From a bacterium (GTDB taxonomy: Bacteria > Patescibacteriota > Saccharimonadia > Saccharimonadales > UBA4665), in the NCBI GenBank assembly GCA_021803105.1, contig JAJZMC010000007.1, positions 27,794 to 91,793 on the forward strand: a stretch of DNA of 64,000 nucleotides. Reading direction: 5' to 3'. Made by a program: the position numbers and the translations under genes. Within the stretch, counting starts at the first letter, position 1. The number at the start of each line of letters is the position of its first letter. Under the pieces are notes generated by a model, which worked only from the letters and a program-made list of their open reading frames with translations, was not told where the DNA came from and ran no database searches. This document shows, piece by piece, positions 1-8,285 of this stretch.

Positions 1-463
1 CACCTCCGGCAACGATTGAAGCCGAACCAGGTACAGTACCAACTAAAGTTCCATAAATCGAATGACGCTTAAAATATCCATAAACAAAAACGTAACAAAT
101 ATAAGCAATAATACCGATTAATAACGTGAGTGTATTTGTTAATAAAATTAATATTAAGCAAGCTATAATAAATAAAACCACCATAAAATATATTGCAAAT
201 TTTTTACTTATTTGCCCACTTGGTAATGGTCGATTTAAAGTACGATTCATAAGACTATCAATTGATATATCTAGGATATTATTAAAAACACATGCCGAAG
301 CAATCAAAAAAACGGTACCAGAAATAATACCAATAAACGAAGTAAAATCAATTCTTAAACCACTAACAAACAAATATCCAGCTACTGCTGTTAAGGTATT
401 AGCTATAACTATTCCTGGTTTAATTAGACTAACATAGAGTTTAATTGTATGGCTATTAATCAA
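1..463 (-). CDS. cyoE: protoheme IX farnesyltransferase (heme O synthase), N-terminal part; gene runs off the left edge
   Basis: Absent from the ORF track because it has no stop inside the window. Hand translation of the minus strand from ~463 gives (TTG)INSHTIKLYVSLIKPGIVIANTLTAVAGYLF...CVFNNILDISIDSLMNRTLNRPLPSGQIS...YGYFKRHSIYGTLVGTVPGSASIVAGG. These are CyoE/CtaB (UbiA-superfamily) signatures. The candidate TTG start overlaps the cyoD stop. It sits last in a cyoABCDE-ordered operon. Confidence 0.85.
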   Translation of the reverse strand, partial: MINSHTIKLYVSLIKPGIVIANTLTAVAGYLFVSGLRIDFTSFIGIISGTVFLIASACVFNNILDISIDSLMNRTLNRPLPSGQISKKFAIYFMVVLFIIACLILILLTNTLTLLIGIIAYICYVFVYGYFKRHSIYGTLVGTVPGSASIVAGG

Positions 464-840
464 AGTCCGCCACCCTGATTATTCATATACTGTATTTCGT
501 GAGATAAGCTAGTATCATAGTTTAAGTTAGTCATAATCCAAAGAGATCCACCAACCAAAATTAAAACAATACATATCATAAAAACAAAAACTAATAATCT
601 ATAACGAGGCTTAGAATCTTTAAACAAATGCAGAAAGAAAATTAATTGAATAAAAAACTGACTAATAGCAAAAACCGCTATTAACACTACTAACAAGTTA
701 CGAGATAACGAATGTTTAATTGTTAAAAAATAAGCACTAATAGTTAGAATTAAAGATAGAATAAAACCAATTAAGTAGCCATTAAAAGTACCTTCTGCTT
801 TAGTAGGAGCATTATAGACTCTTGAAATCATCTTATTCAT
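460..840 (-). CDS. cyoD: cytochrome o ubiquinol oxidase subunit IV
   Basis: A 126-aa protein with three hydrophobic helices. It overlaps cyoC by 4 nt and sits between cyoC and cyoE, as in the E. coli cyo operon. Confidence 0.8.
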   Translation of the reverse strand: MNKMISRVYNAPTKAEGTFNGYLIGFILSLILTISAYFLTIKHSLSRNLLVVLIAVFAISQFFIQLIFFLHLFKDSKPRYRLLVFVFMICIVLILVGGSLWIMTNLNYDTSLSHEIQYMNNQGGGL

Positions 841-1472
841 AGATTAAGAGCTCCATATAAATAAACAATACTAAAAATAAAAATCCAAATAATATCTAAA
901 AAATGCCAAAAAAGACTAAAAAGTGTTAATCTTCTAACTGATGCACGAGATAAACCACGTTTTAAAATACGAATAAACATTACTATCATCCAAATTAATC
1001 CAATCAATATATGTAAACCATGAGTAGAAACTAAAACAAAAAAACTAGATAAAAATCCACTACGACGCCAACTGTTACCAGTATTAATTAAATGTTTAAA
1101 TTCACTAAGCTCTAATATTAGAAATAAAGCACCTAATATAAAAGTAATCGCTAAGTATATTAAAACTTTGTGTTTATTACGATGTCTTAATGAAAGAATA
1201 GATAGACCACAAGTAAATGAACTGGTTAGTAAGAGTAGAGTTTCAGTTAGTACATTGTGCAAATTAAATAAAGTTGAGCCCGTTGGACCACCGGCTGTAT
1301 TATTATGTAATACCGCATAAACAGCGAATAAACCGCTAAATAACACGAAATCTGTCATTAGGTAAACAAAAAATCCAAAATTAGCTATATCATAAAAATG
1401 ATTAGATTCATCAAAACGTAATACTGCTAAAGATGAACGTTGTTCGTTAAAAGTTGTCGTTAAAACAGTCAT
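837..1472 (-). CDS. cyoC: cytochrome o ubiquinol oxidase subunit III
   Basis: Polytopic heme-copper oxidase subunit III-like sequence (FGFFVYLMTDFVLFSGLF, WHFLDIIWIFIF). The longest ORF reaches 1535 but would overlap cyoB by 62 nt. The ATG at 1472 (MTVLTTT...) gives ~211 aa, similar to E. coli CyoC, and lies 1 nt from the cyoB stop. Confidence 0.85.
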   Translation of the reverse strand: MTVLTTTFNEQRSSLAVLRFDESNHFYDIANFGFFVYLMTDFVLFSGLFAVYAVLHNNTAGGPTGSTLFNLHNVLTETLLLLTSSFTCGLSILSLRHRNKHKVLIYLAITFILGALFLILELSEFKHLINTGNSWRRSGFLSSFFVLVSTHGLHILIGLIWMIVMFIRILKRGLSRASVRRLTLFSLFWHFLDIIWIFIFSIVYLYGALNL

Positions 1473-1473
1473 T

Positions 1474-3447
1474 CTAAATATTTCCTTCATGTTCAATAAT
1501 TTTCTGGGCAGACAATAAATAATACGGGTTTTCATCAGATATACGTATCATTAGAACTATAAAAAAGATAACCAAACTAACGATAGACAACCACCAAATA
1601 TGCCAAATCATAGAAAATCCGAATAACATAGCACATATCCCAATATACACTGCAACTGGGGCATTAACCGGCATTAGAATATCTGTAATTTCTAATACTC
1701 TTTTCTTTTCTTTAGACTCATTTTTACTAACCCAAAATGCATCACGATCGTGAACAATTGGTATAGTAGCGAAATTATAATAAGGAGCGGGTGAAGGAAC
1801 TGACCATTCTAATGTTCGTCCATTCCAAGGATCACCGGTCAAATCTAATAATTGATGACGATTTCTGTATGAAACAATTTGCTGTAATATACTAACAGCA
1901 ACTGCACCAGCGATAATAACAACTCCAACACCAGCAATAATGAATAAAGGTTGCCATCCCAGCGAAGCACTATAATGATCAATCCGTCTAGTAGCACCAA
2001 GAAAACCTAGTATATATAATGGAATAAATGCTAATAAAAATCCTATAAACCACATATAAAAACTTACTCTACCTAATTTTTCGTCGAGCTTATAACCAAA
2101 AATTTTTGGAAACCAATAATGTATACCGGCAAAATAGCCAAACAGAACACCAGAAACTATCATAGTATGAAAATGAGCAACTAAAAACAAGCTGTTATGA
2201 AACTGAAAATCTGCGGGGGGTATAGCCATAATTACCCCAGCAACTCCACCGATAGTAAATAGGCCAACAAATCCTAAAAACCAATACATAGGTGCCGAAA
2301 AATGAATCTTACCGTGAAACATCGTAAATAACCAATTAAATATTTTAACTCCAGTTGGTATAGCAATAATCATTGTCATGATACCGAAAAAACCATTAAC
2401 ATCAGCTCCTGCTCCCATAGTGAAAAAATGATGCAACCAAACACTAAAAGATAATATAGTAATTAAAATTAACGCCCAAACCATTGTTCGATAACCAAAC
2501 AGTCTTTTTCGTGAAAATGTCGCAACCACTTCCGAAAATACCCCAAAGGCTGGTAAAATCAAAATATAGACCTCTGGATGTCCCCAAGCCCAAATTAAAT
2601 TGACATACATCATCATATTACCGCCGTGGCCAGCAGTAAAAAAATGCATTCCTAAAGTTCTATCTAAAAATAGTAAAGACAGAGTTACAGTTAATATAGG
2701 AAAAGCAAAAACAACCAATGTCATTGCACATAAAACACTCCAGCTAAACATAGGCATTTTCATAAATTTCATACCCGGAGCTCTTTTTTTTATAATAGTA
2801 GTTAAAAAATTAATACCGGACATTAGACTACCAATACCGGCGATCTGTAAACTCCAAATCCAATAATCAACACCAACCCCAGGACTATATTTTAATTCAG
2901 ACAACGGGGGGTATGCTAACCATCCAGCAGCTGAAAATTGTCCAATACCAAGTGATAAATTTATTAATATCATCCCAGCTACAAATAACCAAAAACTAGT
3001 TAGATTTAGAAAAGGAAAGGCGACATCCCTAGTACCAATTTGTAAAGGTAAAACTAAATTAATTATGCCGAACATTAATCCCATTGCAGCAAAAAAGATC
3101 ATAATAGTTCCATGAGCTGAAAAAACTTGCTGAAAAGTACTAGTAGCTAAAACGCCATGTGATGTACCAACAGATGTAGCCTGTTGGGCTCTCATCATCA
3201 AAGCATCAATACCCCCCCTAATCAGCATTAAAATAGCGACAATAATATACATAATGCCTATTTTTTTATGATCGACAGACGTAAACAACTCACGCCATAA
3301 ATAATGCCATTTTTTATAATAAGTAACCACGATAACAGTGACTACACCTCCAAAAAGAATTGATAGAGCAGCGCCTAAAGTAATTATATCAGTTGGAAAA
3401 ATATGGCTATTTAATCTTCCTAACCAAAAAGAAGCAACTATCATCAC
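1474..3447 (-). CDS. cyoB: cytochrome o ubiquinol oxidase subunit I (heme-copper oxidase catalytic subunit)
   Basis: A 657-aa protein with canonical subunit I motifs: WAWGHPEVYILILPAFG, WLHHFFTMG and VAHFHTMI (the heme and CuB histidine ligands). Confidence 0.95.
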   Translation of the reverse strand: MMIVASFWLGRLNSHIFPTDIITLGAALSILFGGVVTVIVVTYYKKWHYLWRELFTSVDHKKIGIMYIIVAILMLIRGGIDALMMRAQQATSVGTSHGVLATSTFQQVFSAHGTIMIFFAAMGLMFGIINLVLPLQIGTRDVAFPFLNLTSFWLFVAGMILINLSLGIGQFSAAGWLAYPPLSELKYSPGVGVDYWIWSLQIAGIGSLMSGINFLTTIIKKRAPGMKFMKMPMFSWSVLCAMTLVVFAFPILTVTLSLLFLDRTLGMHFFTAGHGGNMMMYVNLIWAWGHPEVYILILPAFGVFSEVVATFSRKRLFGYRTMVWALILITILSFSVWLHHFFTMGAGADVNGFFGIMTMIIAIPTGVKIFNWLFTMFHGKIHFSAPMYWFLGFVGLFTIGGVAGVIMAIPPADFQFHNSLFLVAHFHTMIVSGVLFGYFAGIHYWFPKIFGYKLDEKLGRVSFYMWFIGFLLAFIPLYILGFLGATRRIDHYSASLGWQPLFIIAGVGVVIIAGAVAVSILQQIVSYRNRHQLLDLTGDPWNGRTLEWSVPSPAPYYNFATIPIVHDRDAFWVSKNESKEKKRVLEITDILMPVNAPVAVYIGICAMLFGFSMIWHIWWLSIVSLVIFFIVLMIRISDENPYYLLSAQKIIEHEGNI

Positions 3448-4358
3448 ATACCCACCATATTAATATTATTTTTAGTAAATATCTTATGTTTTATCTCTGA
3501 CTTAGAACTCATAAAGTTATTAATAATTTTAACATACAGATTTGGATAGACACCATAATAATTAATAGTTTTACTACTTATAGTGGGATGAGCTAAAATA
3601 TTAAAATTTGAAAGCGACAACCTATTATTAGAAGTTCTAACGTATTTTAACCAATTACTAAACGCGGCGTTACTAACTGCATCAGCCGAAAAAGTCATAC
3701 CTGAAAACCCAACACCACTAAGATTAGCTGATAAACCCCGATAGTTCCCATAAGAACTAGCCATTAAGTGAAGTTCAGTAGACATTCCCGCCATAGCATA
3801 AATCTGACCACCTAACTGTGGAATCCAAAAAGAATTCATTGGTGCAGCTGAAGTAATATAAAAATCAACCGGTGTATTAATCGGAAATTTAAAATAATCA
3901 ACAGTCGCTATATTTGAATTAGGATAGATAAATAACCATCTCCAATCTAATGCTACAACTTGAATTACAACGGGTTTAACATTGGAATTAAGGCTTTTAT
4001 ATGGATTAAGCTGGTAAGAACTATTCCAAGTTACTACTGCTAAAATACCGATTAAAATTGAAGGAATAATCCACCACAACGATTCAAATACAAAACTTCG
4101 ATCCCAATCAGGGCGATATGTTGTGTTATTATTTGATTCACGATATTTATATGCGAAAAAAATCGTTAAGCTAAATACTGGAATAACAATCACTAGAGAG
4201 AGTAACAAAGCGAAATATATAAGATTACGTTCTTGAAGGGCAATTGGACCTTTAGAGTTTAAGACCTCAAAATTAAGTCCCGATAAATACCATACAAATA
4301 AAGAAATTAATCCGACGATTACTAATACTATAACAAATATTTTGATTCTTTTTTTCAC
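3444..4358 (-). CDS. cyoA: cytochrome o ubiquinol oxidase subunit II (quinol-oxidising type, no CuA ligands seen)
   Basis: It has N-terminal TM helices. The segment [54 protein letters not shown] closely parallels the E. coli CyoA region [22 protein letters not shown]...YSGPGFSGMKF (recalled from memory). There is a 4-nt overlap with cyoB. Confidence 0.9.
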   Translation of the reverse strand: [304 protein letters not shown]

Positions 4359-4407
4359 GATATATTACCGGTTGCTACTAACATAATATCATTTAAACAT
4401 AAATAGT

Positions 4408-5310
4408 TTAGGTTAAAAAATTTTCAAGTCTTTTAAGATATGTCTTAAGGTTATAATATGGCATCAATAAAATCATTAATCCAACCAAAATAATTAGTGG
4501 TCCGGAATTTAAATCAGTCATAAGACCGGAATAATAAAACCCTGCATTCTGATAAACTAGCCAAAAAATTAACATTAAAAAACATCCAGAATAAACTGCT
4601 AATAATCTCAATGCTTTTTGACCATATATAAATAAAGCAACGACTAATAAAAATAAAATTAAAACATTAACTAAACTAGGTCCCAAAATTATTAAAGCAG
4701 TTAGATACCAACGATCAAAAAAAGCTAACCAACTTGGTAATTGATTTAACTTTGGAGCCATAATCATTAAATTATTATAAGCACCTAAAGGAGATGTCAA
4801 CAAAAAACCCAATACACTAAGCCAAAAAATAGACCAAAAATAAAAAAGAATTTCAACAATCTGTTTTTTATACCGATAACTAATAATCAAAGTTAAAGCT
4901 ACTAAAACATAAACTAAAGCAGCACCCGGAGAACCCATCAAAGGATTATATTGATAAGTAAAAACACCTCCAAAATTTTCACCAAAAACCCAAATAAATA
5001 AACCCCAAAAAACTGACGAGTAAAGACCTAGCTGACGGAAACTTTTTTTTATAATTAACAGACCAATTAAAATCTGTAATAAACTAATAACACCACCAAC
5101 TAATAGAGTATTGCTTAAAAATATATTAGTAACATATTTTTCTAAAATTAGAAAAATACCATCTCGGTATGAATACATTGGATTAATAACCTGAGTTATA
5201 AATCTAAAAGATAGTAGCTTTACCTGCAATTGACATATACCGTCGAAAATCCAAGTTAATCCAAGAAAAATAATTAAAGCATTAAATTTATTTTTTGAAT
5301 TTAAAATCAT
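4408..5310 (-). CDS. polytopic integral membrane protein of unknown function, co-oriented just upstream of cyoA
   Basis: A 300-aa ORF, almost entirely hydrophobic with about 8 predicted helices. It is tightly spaced between the FAD oxidase gene and cyoA. I recognise no motif. Confidence 0.6.
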   Translation of the reverse strand: MILNSKNKFNALIIFLGLTWIFDGICQLQVKLLSFRFITQVINPMYSYRDGIFLILEKYVTNIFLSNTLLVGGVISLLQILIGLLIIKKSFRQLGLYSSVFWGLFIWVFGENFGGVFTYQYNPLMGSPGAALVYVLVALTLIISYRYKKQIVEILFYFWSIFWLSVLGFLLTSPLGAYNNLMIMAPKLNQLPSWLAFFDRWYLTALIILGPSLVNVLILFLLVVALFIYGQKALRLLAVYSGCFLMLIFWLVYQNAGFYYSGLMTDLNSGPLIILVGLMILLMPYYNLKTYLKRLENFLT

Positions 5311-5316
5311 TTAAAT

Positions 5317-6981
5317 TTAAAAATGATCCCTTATATGAGAAAAACTATAATCCCAATTTGCATCGGATTTTTTGTGAGGATTAAAGATATTATCAGGATC
5401 AAATATATGTTTAACTTCTTTAAATAAGTTTAAAATATCAACACCAAATTGTTTTTCTAACCAGGGTCCACGAACTAATCCATCATTATGTTCACCAGAT
5501 AATGATCCCCCAAATGATAACACTAACTCATTAACCTCCTTCATTGCTGGTAATAATTTTTCTCGTTCTTTAGGATCTTCTAACTTCATTAAAGGAATTA
5601 TATGAAAATTTCCATCACCTAAATGTCCAGCTATCGTAGCAAACAGTTTATATTTATTAATAATCTTTCTTAACTTTGGTAAGAATTCAGTCAAGTATTC
5701 CGGCCTGACAATTAAATCATCAATAAAAGGAGCGGTATGTTTATCTTTAACTTTAGATCGTAAAAGCTGAAAGCTTTGTCGTCTCATTATCCAAAATTTT
5801 TCAGAAGAACCCTCAGTTGGGTCTTCTTCAAAGCCATTAATTTCATAACGAGCCCGATATTTAGATAATGTTTTATGTAACAACTTTACTTTGTCTCTAA
5901 CATCTTGTTCGTTATCAGAATTAAATTCAATCATTAAGATTAATTTTGGAATACCACGTAATAGCTGAAATCCATCAGGGATTAAACTAACTAACAACTT
6001 TAAAAACTTTTTAAAACCTAACATTTTTAAAAAACTTGTCATAAATTTTAAAGACAAAATTAACGTTTGATCATCGAAACTTTCAAAAGTCGCCGGTTTA
6101 AATTCTAAAATTTTTGGGATTAATTCACCAAGATCATCAATATCTCTTAAAAACAAAACAAGTAATCCATTATGGGTTTTATGAGGAACTAATCTATAAG
6201 TAATATCAGTAACAAAACCCAAAGTACCTTCTGAGCCGGTGATTAATTTTGTTAAATCAAAAATTTGACTTTCTCGATCCCAAACCTCCCACAAAGTATA
6301 ACCCATTGAATTTTTACTAACTTTTGGAGCTGCACTTTTAATTAAATCGTAATGTTTATCACACAATTCAAAAATTTGACGGTAAATCTGACCTTCAAAA
6401 TTGTCCTGAGACATTTTGGCATCCAACTCAGATTTAGTCAATGGCCTTAAAATATATTCATTACCATCGGATAAAACAACAGAAAGCTGTTTAACAAAGT
6501 CCTTAGTTTTACCATATTCTAATGATTTCTCGCCTCCTGAATTATTAGCTACCATACCACCAATTGTTGCTAAATCCCTTGACGCTGGATAAGTTGGCAT
6601 TAAAGCATTATACTTCAAAGTTACTTTTTCAAAATCACGATAAAACACACCAGGTTCAGCTTCAGCCATATCGCTACTAACGTTTTTAATACCACGAAAA
6701 TGACGATTAAAATCAACAATAACGGAATCATTAATAGCACCGCCCGCCATATCAGTACCTGCCGATCGAGCAGTTAGAGACAAATCTGGGTTGTCTTTCT
6801 TATTATCTGCTACTAATTTAATTAATACTTTGACATCATTACTGTCTCTAGGAAAAACAACTACAGATGGCTGGATTTCAAATAACGAAGCATCGTGAGA
6901 ATAAGTCTGTAAAGTTTCAAAAGAATCATCAGATTCGCCCTTAAAACCATTTTTCTTTAATTCATTGATAAAATTATCCAT
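5317..6981 (-). CDS. FAD-linked oxidase/dehydrogenase (GlcD / D-lactate dehydrogenase family)
   Basis: It has an N-terminal PCMH-type FAD-binding domain pattern (VVFPRDSNDVKVLIKL...LTARSAGTDMAGGAI) and the C-terminal FAD-oxidase_C signature GGSLSGEHNDGLVRG. Confidence 0.8.
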   Translation of the reverse strand: MDNFINELKKNGFKGESDDSFETLQTYSHDASLFEIQPSVVVFPRDSNDVKVLIKLVADNKKDNPDLSLTARSAGTDMAGGAINDSVIVDFNRHFRGIKNVSSDMAEAEPGVFYRDFEKVTLKYNALMPTYPASRDLATIGGMVANNSGGEKSLEYGKTKDFVKQLSVVLSDGNEYILRPLTKSELDAKMSQDNFEGQIYRQIFELCDKHYDLIKSAAPKVSKNSMGYTLWEVWDRESQIFDLTKLITGSEGTLGFVTDITYRLVPHKTHNGLLVLFLRDIDDLGELIPKILEFKPATFESFDDQTLILSLKFMTSFLKMLGFKKFLKLLVSLIPDGFQLLRGIPKLILMIEFNSDNEQDVRDKVKLLHKTLSKYRARYEINGFEEDPTEGSSEKFWIMRRQSFQLLRSKVKDKHTAPFIDDLIVRPEYLTEFLPKLRKIINKYKLFATIAGHLGDGNFHIIPLMKLEDPKEREKLLPAMKEVNELVLSFGGSLSGEHNDGLVRGPWLEKQFGVDILNLFKEVKHIFDPDNIFNPHKKSDANWDYSFSHIRDHF

Positions 6982-7073
6982 ACTTAAGTTATTCTAGCAA
7001 AAAAAACATAACCAGAACATAGTCTTGTAGCCATTATATAAAACTCTAATTTATTGCTATAATATTTCTAACA

Positions 7074-8285
7074 ATGGTAGCACAGAATAAAAAAGAAAAT
7101 ATTTTAATTATCGGCGGTGGTTTTTCAGGAATAAAAGCTGCCCAAACATTAGCTAAATATTCAAAATATTTTAATATCACACTAGTTTCTGATTCCGATA
7201 ATTTTCGTTATTATCCAACCTTATTTCATTTAGCAACTGGTGGCGATAACAAATTTTCGTCAATACCGCTATCAGAAATTTTTAATAATACCTCTGTTAA
7301 AGTAATCATAGGCACAGCCGATATTCTAGATCGTAATAATAAATCAATTACTTTGACTGATAAAACAGTACTTGGCTATGATAAATTACTTTTAGGACTT
7401 GGGGTAATAACAAACTATTTTGATATTGAAGGCCTAGAACAGTATTCATATAGTATTAAAACAGAAGCACGTGCTAAAGAATTTAACAAATTTTTACATG
7501 ATTACATTAAAAATAATAAAGCACCTGATAGTAACTATGTTGTAGTTGGTGGAGGCCCAACTGGTATTGAATTAGCCGCTCAATTACCAAGTTATATAAG
7601 ACATTTATTACAAACTCATGATATTCATCATAAAGCAATTCATGTTGAACTTATTGAAGCTTTGCCTAAACTATTACCACGTCTTCCAAAAGATTATTCA
7701 AAAATAATTAGTCACAGATTAAATAACTTAGGTGTTAGTTTACGCTTAGCTAGCGCTGTAACCGCTCAAACCAACGACAGTATAATCATTAATAACGAAA
7801 CAGTCTTTAGTAAAACAGTTATATGGACTGCTGGTGTAACTAATCATCCATTCTATAATACTAATAATTTCTCAATGACCAAGCATAACAAAGTGTCGGT
7901 CGATATATATTTACAAGCCGAAGACAGCATTTATGTAATGGGAGATAATGCCAATACTCCTAACAGTGGCTTAGCTCAAACTGCTTTACATGACGGATAT
8001 TTTATTAGTAAAAATCTAATCAGAATAGCCAAAAATGAAACACCACTATCATATAAACCTAAAAAAATTATTACTATTATCCCAGTTGGTAAACATTGGG
8101 CAGCAGTTTTAGTAAATAAAATAAAACTCTACGGTTTAACGGGAGCGGCTCTACGACACATGGCAGATATTGAGGGCTATCATAGTGTTTTATCATGGCG
8201 ACAAACAATAAAACTACTTCTACCTAATTTTAAAAAAATGTCAGGAAAATGTCCTTATTGTGATGAAACTATTAATAACTCCTAA
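7074..8285 (+). CDS. ndh: type II NADH:quinone oxidoreductase (NDH-2)
   Basis: Two Rossmann dinucleotide motifs are present (ILIIGGGFSGIKAA and YVVVGGGPTGIELAA), plus GDNA near the C-terminal FAD site. Size is 403 aa. It ends with a CPYC pair. Confidence 0.85.
   Translation: MVAQNKKENILIIGGGFSGIKAAQTLAKYSKYFNITLVSDSDNFRYYPTLFHLATGGDNKFSSIPLSEIFNNTSVKVIIGTADILDRNNKSITLTDKTVLGYDKLLLGLGVITNYFDIEGLEQYSYSIKTEARAKEFNKFLHDYIKNNKAPDSNYVVVGGGPTGIELAAQLPSYIRHLLQTHDIHHKAIHVELIEALPKLLPRLPKDYSKIISHRLNNLGVSLRLASAVTAQTNDSIIINNETVFSKTVIWTAGVTNHPFYNTNNFSMTKHNKVSVDIYLQAEDSIYVMGDNANTPNSGLAQTALHDGYFISKNLIRIAKNETPLSYKPKKIITIIPVGKHWAAVLVNKIKLYGLTGAALRHMADIEGYHSVLSWRQTIKLLLPNFKKMSGKCPYCDETINNS

Noticed and set aside
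126-437. 103-aa plus-strand ORF at the left edge
   Set aside because: It lies entirely antisense to a clear cyoE (heme O synthase) reading frame that runs off the window. Its sequence is low-complexity and I/K/N-rich, as expected for an AT-rich antisense frame.
460-462. Alternative genetic code (UGA reassignment, as in some CPR lineages)
   Set aside because: TGA terminates well-defined genes at the expected length (cyoD at 460-462, the MazG-like gene at 34835-34837). Conserved proteins translate full-length under the standard code.
2600-2866. 88-aa plus-strand ORF inside cyoB
   Set aside because: It is antisense to a highly conserved cytochrome oxidase subunit I gene and has no independent support.
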